Shown piece by piece: positions 1 to 8,364 of a DNA stretch of 64,000 bases. Both the position numbers and the translations under genes were made by a program. The stretch's first letter is position 1, and each line of letters begins with the position of its first letter. The notes beneath the pieces are model-generated. The model was not told where the DNA came from, did no database searches, and saw only the letters and a list, made by a program, of their open reading frames with translations. Source of the DNA: Patescibacteria group bacterium (GTDB taxonomy: Bacteria; Patescibacteriota; Patescibacteriia; Patescibacteriales; UBA12465); contig JBBACQ010000004.1 of the NCBI GenBank assembly GCA_041656935.1, positions 8,557-72,556 of the forward strand. The letters run 5' to 3'.

Positions 1-355
1 TAGTACTAGAAAAATCAGATTCGGCCGTTTTGTTTTCTGATGTAACAGCCTCGGGCAAGCCCAAAGACTGATCGACCATGGTTTCCTTCATTAAATAATT
101 ATCAGAATATTCTTTTTTATTTTTCTCTACAAAATCAAATAATTCCTGAAAATTTGTGGCCTTTTTAATTTTACCGCTCTTATTAGAATTAAAAACCTCT
201 CCCAAATCAAAATTATAAACCACTGGATTATCTTCCGAATTAATATCCTTTTTAGTTAAGTCCATTATCTTTAAAACGATGAAAGAAAGAACTAAAAACC
301 CAGCTATAATCAACAAAATTAAGGTCTTAGTTTGATTAATTTTAATTTTTTCCAT
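1..355 (-). CDS. Partial CDS: start codon at 355-353, open to the window edge. Hypothetical membrane-anchored protein with an N-terminal hydrophobic helix (TKTLILLIIAGFLVLSFIVL).
   Basis: Hand translation of the minus strand from ATG at 355 shows no stop down to position 2. No recognisable motif. Confidence 0.4.
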   Translation of the reverse strand, partial: MEKIKINQTKTLILLIIAGFLVLSFIVLKIMDLTKKDINSEDNPVVYNFDLGEVFNSNKSGKIKKATNFQELFDFVEKNKKEYSDNYLMKETMVDQSLGLPEAVTSENKTAESDFSST

Positions 356-683
356 ATTTTTCGAAGTTATATTAATGATAAATAATAGTCTTTTATATTA
401 CACTAGTATTATAATATAAAAAAGACAAAAGAGCAAAATAAGGCTATTTTTGACACTTTACAAAGAAAAAATCTTATGATAAGCTGGTATTAAAGATTGT
501 TCTAAAAATATAACAATTTTTACAAAAATAATTAACCCCTGTTTTTAGGAGAATAAAATAATGACTGGTTTAAATAAAAACTTTAAATACTCTCAAAATA
601 AAAACAAAAATATTGATTTAGTTTTTTAAAAAGAACTATTTTACATTATTATTTTTATTGATCCTAAAACGGAATAAAAAAAT

Positions 684-2198
684 ATGGAATATGTTATTTA
701 TTTAGCAGTGGTTGTTGTTGGTTTTTGGGGCGGATACCTATACTACAAGAAAATATCTTCTAATAAAATAGAAGGAGCTCAAAATAAAGCTGAGAAAATA
801 ATCAACGAAGCTAGAAACAAACAAAAAAAATACGAATTAGAAGCTCAAGAAAAAGCTCTAAAAATAATTGAAGAAGCCAAAAAGGAAGAAGCCGTTAGAC
901 GTAAAGAAATAAATGATTTACAAAGAAGATTAGAAGAAAGAGAAACAGCTTTTTCTCAAAAATTACTAGCCTTAGAAGAAAAACAACAAAAGTTATACGA
1001 CAAGGTTAACGAGGTCCAAGAGATTAAAGAAAAAATAAAAGAAATCCAAGAAAATCAAATAAAAAAATTAGAAAAAATTGCCGGTTTAACACCCGAGCAA
1101 GCCAAGGAAATATTGTTAAAAAACATTGAAGAAAAAAACAGTGAGGATTTATTAGTTAGAATGACCAAACTTAAAAATGAATCTGATGATATCTTAAAAG
1201 AAAAATCAATGGATTTATTAGCTAACACCATCCAAAGATTAGCCCCTAATTATACGGCCGAATTAAGTACTACTACGATTGATTTGCCTAGCGATGAAAT
1301 GAAGGGACGAATTATCGGACGCGAAGGCCGAAACATTAAATCAATTGAACAAATGACTGGGGTTGAAATTATTGTTGATGATACCCCTAATGCTATTACC
1401 ATTTCCGGATTTTCTCTAATTAGAAGACACGTTGCCAAAAAGGCCTTAGAATATCTTATCAAAGACGGGAGAATTCATCCCACCAAAATTGAGGATGCCG
1501 TTAGTAAAGCCAAAATTGAGCTATCAAATGATATTAAAAAAGCTGGTGACGAAGCTGTATATGAATTAGGCGTAGCCGGATTTGATCCAAAACTAACTCA
1601 AATTATAGGAAGACTTAAATACAGAACTAGTTATGGACAAAATGCCTTAGAACATTCCATTGAAGTAGCTCATCTATCTGGTATGTTAGCCAGAGAATTA
1701 GGAGCTGATGCTAATTTAGCTAAAAAAGCTGGATTATTGCACGATATTGGAAAAGCTGTAGATCACGAAGTACAAGGAAACCATACTGAAATTGGCCGAG
1801 ACATTTTAAAGAAATTTAATATGCCGGAAGAAATTATTGCTCCGGTAGAAACTCACCATGATGATAATCCTCGCACTTTATTATCAGTAATAGTAAAAAC
1901 AGCTGATGCTATCTCTTCAGCTCGACCAGGAGCTCGACATGATTCTTACGAAAACTATATTCAAAGATTAGAAGAGCTGGAAAGAATCGCTAATTCTTTT
2001 GAAGGAGTTGAAAAAAGCTATGCTATTCAAGCTGGTCGTGAAGTTAGAATATTTATCTCTCCGGAAAAAATAGACGACTTAAGATCTTACGAATTAGCTA
2101 GAGAGGTCGCTAAAAAAATTGAACAAGAATTAAAATATCCTGGAGAAATAAAAGTTAATATAATAAGAGAATTAAGAGTTATAGAATATGCCCGCTAA
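684..2198 (+). CDS. rny: Ribonuclease Y, with an N-terminal TM helix, a KH domain and an HD domain.
   Basis: KH motif GREGRNIKSIEQMTGVEIIVDD. HD motif HSIEVAHLSGMLARELGA...LLHDIGKA. Coiled-coil N-terminal region. Typical length. Confidence 0.9.
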   Translation: MEYVIYLAVVVVGFWGGYLYYKKISSNKIEGAQNKAEKIINEARNKQKKYELEAQEKALKIIEEAKKEEAVRRKEINDLQRRLEERETAFSQKLLALEEKQQKLYDKVNEVQEIKEKIKEIQENQIKKLEKIAGLTPEQAKEILLKNIEEKNSEDLLVRMTKLKNESDDILKEKSMDLLANTIQRLAPNYTAELSTTTIDLPSDEMKGRIIGREGRNIKSIEQMTGVEIIVDDTPNAITISGFSLIRRHVAKKALEYLIKDGRIHPTKIEDAVSKAKIELSNDIKKAGDEAVYELGVAGFDPKLTQIIGRLKYRTSYGQNALEHSIEVAHLSGMLARELGADANLAKKAGLLHDIGKAVDHEVQGNHTEIGRDILKKFNMPEEIIAPVETHHDDNPRTLLSVIVKTADAISSARPGARHDSYENYIQRLEELERIANSFEGVEKSYAIQAGREVRIFISPEKIDDLRSYELAREVAKKIEQELKYPGEIKVNIIRELRVIEYAR

Positions 2199-2490
2199 AA
2201 AATTTATAAACCAAAAAGATTTAGCTGAAATTATTAACTCTAAAAAGGACTTTAATTTGGGCAAGAAACAAATTGAAAAAATAATTAAAGTTCTAACTGA
2301 TGTTATTACTGAACAATTAAAAGCTGGAAAAACTGTAAAAATTACTAGTTTTGGAGCTTTTATTCCAAAAACCAGATATGCTCGAGGCGGTGTTAATCCA
2401 AGATCTCCTCAAGAAAGAATAAAAATACCAACTGTTAAAATAACCAAATTTAAAACCGGAAAAAAACTGAAAGATGCCCTAAAAGGTTAG
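2188..2490 (+). CDS. hup: HU/IHF-family DNA-binding protein.
   Basis: About 100 aa. Contains GFGAF-like [27 protein letters not shown], the beta-arm signature. Overlaps the rny stop by 11 nt. Confidence 0.85.
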   Translation: MPAKKFINQKDLAEIINSKKDFNLGKKQIEKIIKVLTDVITEQLKAGKTVKITSFGAFIPKTRYARGGVNPRSPQERIKIPTVKITKFKTGKKLKDALKG

Positions 2491-2498
2491 GGCAAAAA

Positions 2499-2572
2499 GT
2501 GTCCATAGCTCAACTGGATAGAGCGCCTGGCTTCGGACCAGGAGGTTGTGGGTTCAAATCCTGCTGGACACA
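2499..2572 (+). tRNA. tRNA-Arg (anticodon UCG). No encoded CCA.
   Basis: Hand-folded cloverleaf. Acceptor gtgtcca/tggacac. D-arm gctc..gagc. Anticodon stem cctgg/ccagg with loop cTTCGga. T-arm gtggg-ttcaaat-cctgc. G37 is consistent with a CGN reader. Confidence 0.7.
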
Positions 2573-2719
2573 CTATATTCAATTTTCAATTTTCAATTAT
2601 CAATTATCAATGGTTTCGTCGCGTGCCACATATCGTAAATAAATAGTTTACGGGATACGAGGACAATTGCTAGTTATAAAATTAAACATTGAACATTAAA
2701 AATTAATAATTGAACAAAT

Positions 2720-2795
2720 GGCTGGGTAGCTCAGCTGGTTAGAGCGTAGCACTCATAACGCTAAGGTCGAGGGTTCGAGCCCCTCCTCAGCCACC
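2720..2795 (+). tRNA. tRNA-Met (anticodon CAU). Elongator-type G1-C72 pair; a lysidine tRNA-Ile2 is not excluded. CCA is encoded.
   Basis: Acceptor ggctggg/ctcagcc. Anticodon loop cuCAUaa. T-loop ttcgagc. 3' ..acca. Confidence 0.75.
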
Positions 2796-2859
2796 ATCAC
2801 CTCCCCGCAAAAACGGGGAGACAACCAAACCCTGTCATCCCCGCGAAAGCGGGGACCAC

Positions 2860-2935
2860 GCGCTGTTAGCTCAGCTGGTAGAGCAGCTCCCTCTTAAGGA
2901 GAAGGTCAAAGGTTCGATCCCTTTACAGCGCACCA
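2860..2935 (+). tRNA. tRNA-Lys (anticodon CUU). CCA is encoded.
   Basis: Acceptor gcgctgt/acagcgc. D-arm agctcagctggtagagc. Anticodon loop cuCUUaa. T-arm aaagg-ttcgatc-ccttt. Confidence 0.75.
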
Positions 2936-2960
2936 AATTTTGATAACTTAAATTAAATAT

Positions 2961-2994
2961 AAAAAAAATCGACCCTTGTAGGCCGATTTTTTTT
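2961..2994. terminator. Bidirectional intrinsic-terminator-like hairpin between the tRNA cluster and the convergent pilin gene.
   Basis: aaaaaaaatcgaccc-ttgta-ggccgattttttttt. Stem of 7 bp with one mismatch. Flanked by an A-run and a T-run. Confidence 0.45.
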
Positions 2995-3013
2995 ATACTA
3001 AATATTCTATAAA

Positions 3014-3466
3014 TTAATCACAAACTCCTTCTACTGCCATATCTAGAATACCTCCTGGAGTAGCACATTTAACACCGGCAGCCAAACCACCAACTTGTCC
3101 ACCTAAACAGAAAGCTAAAGTATAAGAGGCCCCCGAATCGTCTTGAGTATAGGCGTAAGTATTACTAGCCGAAACACAATCCCCATCAGCTGGTGTTGGA
3201 GCTGTTGGCACGATAGCCATGTAGACATTAGTTCCACTGCCAATTTCTCCACCATCAAAAACGGAAGAAGCTGGATATTCTTGCCAGTCATTAAAATAAA
3301 GTTCAAAGGAGGTTTGAAGTTGTCTAACATCAGCTATTCTTTTAGCATCACGAGCATTCTTTCTAGCATTTTGCAAGGCAACTACAGCTAAGGTAGCTAA
3401 GATACCAATAATAGCTATTACTACCAATAACTCAATCAAGGTAAAACCTTTTTTCTTATTAAACAT
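3014..3466 (-). CDS. Type IV (class III signal) pilin/pseudopilin, paralogue 1.
   Basis: N-terminus [24 protein letters not shown]: prepilin cleavage/methylation motif G|FTLIEL with Glu+5. C-terminal Cys pair (GVKCATPGG...CD). Confidence 0.8.
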   Translation of the reverse strand: MFNKKKGFTLIELLVVIAIIGILATLAVVALQNARKNARDAKRIADVRQLQTSFELYFNDWQEYPASSVFDGGEIGSGTNVYMAIVPTAPTPADGDCVSASNTYAYTQDDSGASYTLAFCLGGQVGGLAAGVKCATPGGILDMAVEGVCD

Positions 3467-3563
3467 AGTTTTAAAAAGATATTATTATTTTTATTTAAAC
3501 TAATAAAAATAATAATAAGAAGTATTAAATTTTATATTTTAAATTATCTATAAATATATCTTA

Positions 3564-3592
3564 ATTATACCTAAAAAATAACGAAAGGTCAA
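3564..3592 (-). promoter_or_regulatory. Proximal sigma70-type promoter for pilin paralogue 1. Copy 1 of a 47-nt direct repeat.
   Basis: On the minus strand: TTGACC, 17 nt, TATAAT. Plus-strand ggtcaa at 3587-3592 and attata at 3564-3569. Confidence 0.6.
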
Positions 3593-3622
3593 ATAATATT
3601 AATCTATATTAAATATATCTTA

Positions 3623-3651
3623 ATTATACCTAAAAAATAACGAAAGGTCAA
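3623..3651 (-). promoter_or_regulatory. Distal duplicate promoter. Copy 2 of the repeat.
   Basis: Identical TTGACC, 17 nt, TATAAT. Plus-strand ggtcaa at 3646-3651 and attata at 3623-3628. Confidence 0.6.
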
Positions 3652-3663
3652 ATAATACAAGCC

Positions 3664-4134
3664 TTAATCGCAAGAAGTGGTGGTAGAGATAATCCCTCCC
3701 GGAGTAGCACATTTAACACCAGCCTCTAAAGAGCCGACATTTCCCCCTAAACAAAACTCAATAAAATAACTGCTCCCCGAATCTAATTGCTGATAACGAT
3801 AGGAAATAGTACTGCTACAAATATCACCATCAGCTGGCGAAGGAGCGGTAGGGACCACATACATATAAACGTTAGAACCACTAGCAATCTGAGAACCAGA
3901 AACCAAAAGAGCCGGATAGCCCTGAAGATCATTGAAATAAAGTTCTAAGCCCGTTTGCATCTGACGAACATCATAAATTCTTTTAGCATCACGGGCATTT
4001 CTTCTGGCCCCCTGTAAAGCAACAATCGCCAAAGTAGATAATATTCCAATTATGGCGATAACAACTAACAATTCAATTAGAGTAAAACCAGAAACGCTAG
4101 CTTTTGTTTCTTTGTTCTTCATAAAAGTATTCAT
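3664..4134 (-). CDS. Type IV pilin/pseudopilin, paralogue 2.
   Basis: [44 protein letters not shown]. Conserved N-terminal 60 aa and C-terminal [17 protein letters not shown] block shared with paralogue 1. Divergent middle. Confidence 0.8.
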   Translation of the reverse strand: MNTFMKNKETKASVSGFTLIELLVVIAIIGILSTLAIVALQGARRNARDAKRIYDVRQMQTGLELYFNDLQGYPALLVSGSQIASGSNVYMYVVPTAPSPADGDICSSTISYRYQQLDSGSSYFIEFCLGGNVGSLEAGVKCATPGGIISTTTSCD

Positions 4135-4192
4135 AAAAAAGATAAAGCTCTATTAATTAAATAATACCATAAAAAACAAAATAGCTCAAATA

Positions 4193-5641
4193 CTATTTAT
4201 TAACAATTTTAATAATTTCTTCTTTAACAATTAAACGATCATCCCAAGGTTTTTTTTCACCATTAGCTAAACAAATAGCCTGTTCACAACCCTTACCGGT
4301 AAGCAAAAGCAAATCTCCTTCTTGAGCTAATTGCACTCCCTTTTTTATAGCCTCTCGTCTGTCTAATATTCTAAAAAGATTGGTTCCCTCTTCTTTACCG
4401 ACACTTTTAGCTCCATTAGCAACTTGGTTTATAATATCTAGAGGATTTTCATCATAGGGGTCTTCATTACTAACAATAACATAATCCGCTTTAGCTCCAG
4501 CTATCTTTCCTAAAACTTCTCGCCGATCTTGATCTCGTCCTCCCCCAGCTGAACCTAAAATATGAATAATTTTTCCCTGATACCCAGAGTTAAATAAATT
4601 CTCCTTAAAAAAATAAATTAAATTATATAACTTTTCCATAGCTGTGGGCTCATAAGCATAATCAACAATCACCAAAAAGTTTTGCCCAATATTAATTAAT
4701 TCTAAACGACCAGGAATATTTTTTACCTTTTCTAAACCTGAAACTATTTTATCAAAATCAATATTATTTAAAATCAACGGCAAGCATAGTGTTGGTAAAC
4801 AATTCAAAACATTAAAATCTCCCCATAAGGATAAATTTATTTTTTTAAAATTTGAGGGAGCATCATTATTTTTTTTAGATATAAAATTGAAAGAAGTACC
4901 TTCAGGGTGAACGGAAATATTTTCATAAAATACTCCTAAGCCGTTGAAATTTTTTCTAATTTTATCGAAATAAAAAATCTTTTCTTCCGACCAAAAAGAA
5001 GAGAAATAAAGAGATTCAGCATCATCACCGTTAATAATCGAAGTTTTTTTAACCCGAGTTAAATCAATTTTAGTTAAATTATTCTTAGCTTTAACAATCT
5101 TATTATTTACATCTAAAAATTTAGCCCGACACCTTTTGAGATGAAAAAAAAGCTCTCCTTTAGCTTTTTTATAATTATCGAAACTACCATGCGATTCAAT
5201 ATGTTCAGGATAAATCCCAGTAAAAACTAAAATATCATAATTTATGAAACGATGACGAAATTGTCTAATACCCTCGGAGGTAGTTTCTACTATAGCGTAA
5301 GAACAACCATTTCTAACCATTCTCCGCAAAATCCTTTGAGTAAAAAATGGCCCCACCATGGTCATTTTTTTATTATTAAGCCATTCATTTTCTCCATCAC
5401 TAAACATCGCCGTAGAAGTATAACCGGTTTTATAGCCACTATCACTTAAGGCTTTGGCCATTAAATAAACTGAACTGGTTTTGCCCGAGGTTCCCGTGAT
5501 ACCAATAACAACCAATTTTTCGCTGGGAAAACAATAAAAAAATGAGGCTAAAAAGCTAGATAAAAAATGATACCCCGGTTGAATTTTCCGATATAATTTA
5601 ACTGGAATAATTTTTTTAAAGTAAAATAGAAATTTGTTCAT
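4193..5641 (-). CDS. Mur-ligase-family protein, MurE-like ATP-dependent amide ligase. Exact substrate unresolved.
   Basis: P-loop VIGITGTSGKTSS. DYAYEPTAMEKL resembles the DYAHTPDAL motif of MurE/MurF. Central and C-terminal Mur ligase architecture. Confidence 0.6.
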   Translation of the reverse strand: MNKFLFYFKKIIPVKLYRKIQPGYHFLSSFLASFFYCFPSEKLVVIGITGTSGKTSSVYLMAKALSDSGYKTGYTSTAMFSDGENEWLNNKKMTMVGPFFTQRILRRMVRNGCSYAIVETTSEGIRQFRHRFINYDILVFTGIYPEHIESHGSFDNYKKAKGELFFHLKRCRAKFLDVNNKIVKAKNNLTKIDLTRVKKTSIINGDDAESLYFSSFWSEEKIFYFDKIRKNFNGLGVFYENISVHPEGTSFNFISKKNNDAPSNFKKINLSLWGDFNVLNCLPTLCLPLILNNIDFDKIVSGLEKVKNIPGRLELINIGQNFLVIVDYAYEPTAMEKLYNLIYFFKENLFNSGYQGKIIHILGSAGGGRDQDRREVLGKIAGAKADYVIVSNEDPYDENPLDIINQVANGAKSVGKEEGTNLFRILDRREAIKKGVQLAQEGDLLLLTGKGCEQAICLANGEKKPWDDRLIVKEEIIKIVNK

Positions 5642-5647
5642 AAATAG

Positions 5648-7147
5648 TTATTTGGAGAAATATTTACCAAAGTCGTCGTCGCTAATATTATTAATCTGAT
5701 TATTTTTATTTTTTTCCTCATCAGTTTTTATTTTTTTATCTTTCTCGACACCAGAAATCGAATCATCATCTGAAATTTCTATACGACTATTATCTTCTTC
5801 AGCTTCTTCATCTTCTGATCTCTCGCCTGCCTCAATCTCAGAATTTAAATCCTCTTCCAAAAATTCTACATCATTATTATTGTCACCATTATATTCTTCC
5901 CCTTTCTCATCCTCTATGTCATCATTCGAATTATCTTTGTTTTCTATCTCTTCTATATTATTTTCATCTTCGTCATTATTTTCATCTTCTTCAGAATTAT
6001 TTTCTAATTCTTCAAAAACTAGCGGGCTCTCCTCTTCTTTATAAAGATAATCGTTAGGGCTCTTGCTGGCAGACCTATTATGAATTGGGGTTGAAGAAAA
6101 AGGATTAGACAAAGTATTTTCATATTGCTCTTTAGAAACCATTATCTCTCTAGGTTTAGAACCATTGCTCGGACCAACCATCCCTAATTCCTCTAACATA
6201 TCTAAAATACTGGCCGCTCTAGAATAACCAATTCTCAATCTTCTTTGTAAAAAGGAAGTGGATGCCTTACCGCTAGACAAAACAATTTCTTTAGCCTCTT
6301 CTAACAATTCGTCTTCATCTCCCATTAAACCATCTAAACCAACTCCACCGATACCACTAACTTTTTGTCTCTCAGTTATTCCCTCTAAATAATCAGCGGT
6401 TCCATATTTTTCTTTTATATAAGAAACAATAGAGCTGATTTCTTCATCACTAACATAGGCTCCTTGTATTCTTTTTGGTTTAGATAATTCAGCGGTAGTA
6501 AAAAGCATATCTCCTTTACCTAACAATTTTTCAGCTCCCGAAGAATCTAAAATTGTTTTAGAATCTACCGCCGAAGCCACTGAGAAGGCAATTCTGGCTG
6601 GAGTGTTGGCCTTAATCAAACCAGTAATAACATCAACGCTGGGTCTTTGAGTCGCTAATATTAAATGAATACCAACCGCTCTAGACATTTGAGTTAATCT
6701 AATAACACTGCTTTCAATATCCTTAGAAGCCGAAACCATTAAGTCAGCCAACTCATCAATAACAAAAATAATATAAGGTATTTTTTCTTTTCCATTTTGA
6801 TTATAAGTTTGAATATTCTTCTTGCCCGCCCGATTTAACATTTCATAACGACGATCCATTTCGTTTAAACACCATCTTAAAGCATTGATAGTTTTGCTAA
6901 CTTCAGTAATAACTGGAGTTAGAAGATGAGGAATGCCATTATAGGTCGGAAGTTCTACTCTTTTAGGGTCAACTAATATAAAGCGTAAATCATCAGGATT
7001 GTTTTGATATAGTAAACTGACAATAATGGTATTTAAACAAACCGATTTTCCAGAATTAGTCGCTCCGGCCACTAATAAATGAGGCATCTTAGCAATGTCA
7101 TAGACTATATTTTTTCCAGAGACATCTTTTCCTAGGCCGCCATTAAA
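5648..7147 (-). CDS. ftsK: FtsK/SpoIIIE DNA translocase, C-terminal segment. Carries the RecA-like motor and winged-helix gamma domain, then a roughly 130-aa acidic tail. The frame is open upstream of the annotated Met back to 7147.
   Basis: In-frame upstream of MPHLL reads FNGGLGKDVSGKNIVYDIAK MPHLLVAGATNSGKS (Walker A). FVIDELADLM (Walker B). Gamma domain SFLQRRLRIGYSRAASILDMLEELG. Confidence 0.8.
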   Translation of the reverse strand, partial: FNGGLGKDVSGKNIVYDIAKMPHLLVAGATNSGKSVCLNTIIVSLLYQNNPDDLRFILVDPKRVELPTYNGIPHLLTPVITEVSKTINALRWCLNEMDRRYEMLNRAGKKNIQTYNQNGKEKIPYIIFVIDELADLMVSASKDIESSVIRLTQMSRAVGIHLILATQRPSVDVITGLIKANTPARIAFSVASAVDSKTILDSSGAEKLLGKGDMLFTTAELSKPKRIQGAYVSDEEISSIVSYIKEKYGTADYLEGITERQKVSGIGGVGLDGLMGDEDELLEEAKEIVLSSGKASTSFLQRRLRIGYSRAASILDMLEELGMVGPSNGSKPREIMVSKEQYENTLSNPFSSTPIHNRSASKSPNDYLYKEEESPLVFEELENNSEEDENNDEDENNIEEIENKDNSNDDIEDEKGEEYNGDNNNDVEFLEEDLNSEIEAGERSEDEEAEEDNSRIEISDDDSISGVEKDKKIKTDEEKNKNNQINNISDDDFGKYFSK

Positions 7148-8313
7148 TTAGTTTGTCTATTTTTGAAGTCTCTCTCTTCTAAAACTTCTCTTAAACCAAC
7201 AATAGCCTTAGTTTTGTTAGGGACCTCAATTCCAATTAAAGATTTGCCCGGTATTGGAGCTTCAATTCTAATCGGATGCGCCGCTAAAGCCAATGATAAA
7301 TCATTATTCAAGGCTGTTATTTTTGAGACCTTTATACCCTCTGAGGGTTTAAAAGTATATTGAGTTACAGTTGGACCAACATTAACTCCCCCCATTTCTA
7401 CTAAGATACCAAAATTCTCTAAGGTCCTTTGTATTATTAAAATATTTTTATCAATATCTCCACTAGTGGCCTTATTAATTTTATTGCTTAAAAGCTCCAA
7501 CGGTAAATCAATTTTAATTTTTTTAGTTTTCCAATTAACATTTTCTCTTAGGACTTCTTCTTTTTTCCCTAAATCCTCAGTTCTGTTATTAGAAAACCCT
7601 ATTTCTTTTTTAACAAATAAGACATCCTGATCTTCCGCTAAATTATCATCTTTATTTTTTTCATTTTTTATTTCCTCTTCATAATTATTTTGATTTTCAT
7701 CTTCGGTCGAATATGAATCTTCCTCCGAAATATCATTAATCTTAAAGAAATTAGAAATTGATCTAAATATTTGAAATAAAAAACTTTTTGACCCCACCAA
7801 ATGAGACAAAGTAACATTAAATAATAATATAAGCGACAGGGCTAAAATTGCTAAAATCACCACCAATCCTCCCCAAAAGCCCAAAGAGTTTTCTAAAAAA
7901 AGTGATAAGTAAAAACCTAAGTATCCCCCGCCCAGTCCTTCGCTGGCTTTAATTTTGGCAATATCATTTTTATAGAAAAAATGTAGTAATGATGAAATAA
8001 AGATAAAAAATAATGACAAACCAAAATAATTAGACTTCTTAGAAAAAAATTTATTCTTTTTATAAATAGCGATACTCAAAATGATCAATAAAAAAGGAAA
8101 AAGCCACTTACTCCAACCAAAAATTAAGGACAAAATATCATCTAAAAACAAACCAAAGCTACCAGAAAGAGAAAAAAGCGATAATAAACTCAGTAAACCA
8201 AAAACAAAAATCAACAAGGCAATAATGCTTGTTTTTATAATAATTTCCTGATTTCTATCATCTTTTAAATCAGGCTCTTGCTCATTATGGTCTTTTTGAC
8301 GTTTTCTCTTCAT
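7132..8313 (-). CDS. ftsK: FtsK N-terminal segment: polytopic membrane domain, linker and the start of the motor. It ends at a TAG that the downstream segment bypasses by a -1 shift.
   Basis: Multiple TM helices. Ends ..NRQTNLMAA*. The -1 frame continues LGKDVSGK.. without a stop. See findings. Confidence 0.7.
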   Translation of the reverse strand: MKRKRQKDHNEQEPDLKDDRNQEIIIKTSIIALLIFVFGLLSLLSLFSLSGSFGLFLDDILSLIFGWSKWLFPFLLIILSIAIYKKNKFFSKKSNYFGLSLFFIFISSLLHFFYKNDIAKIKASEGLGGGYLGFYLSLFLENSLGFWGGLVVILAILALSLILLFNVTLSHLVGSKSFLFQIFRSISNFFKINDISEEDSYSTEDENQNNYEEEIKNEKNKDDNLAEDQDVLFVKKEIGFSNNRTEDLGKKEEVLRENVNWKTKKIKIDLPLELLSNKINKATSGDIDKNILIIQRTLENFGILVEMGGVNVGPTVTQYTFKPSEGIKVSKITALNNDLSLALAAHPIRIEAPIPGKSLIGIEVPNKTKAIVGLREVLEERDFKNRQTNLMAA

Positions 8314-8364
8314 ACCTATGGATTATAACAAAAATAATAGATTTATCAAATAAATCTAAAAACC

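Larger units (their letters stand above)
3552..3657. repeat. Tandem direct repeat, 2 copies, 47-nt identical core, period 59 nt.
   Basis: Core aaatatatcttaattatacctaaaaaataacgaaaggtcaaataata at 3552-3598 and 3611-3657. Confidence 0.9.

Noticed and set aside
450-480. TTGACA-19-TATGAT upstream of rny as a promoter.
   Set aside because: The spacer is too long (19 nt) and the -10 box is weak. Mentioned only as a weak candidate within another finding.
1250-1462. Numerous short antisense or overlapping ORFs from the six-frame track, for example 1250-1462, 3115-3391, 5252-5449, 13005-13340, 40179-40391, 41346-41768, 43553-44341, 46496-47076, 53089-53492, 55863-56183 and 57001-57441.
   Set aside because: All lie wholly inside well-supported longer genes on the opposite strand or in another frame. 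They have low-complexity AT-driven composition and no motifs, so they are treated as spurious.
3552-3657. Direct repeats were checked as a possible CRISPR array. The 35628-35801 units were checked too.
   Set aside because: Only two copies each, with no regular repeat-spacer periodicity beyond that and no cas genes. They are better explained as duplicated promoters or regulatory modules.
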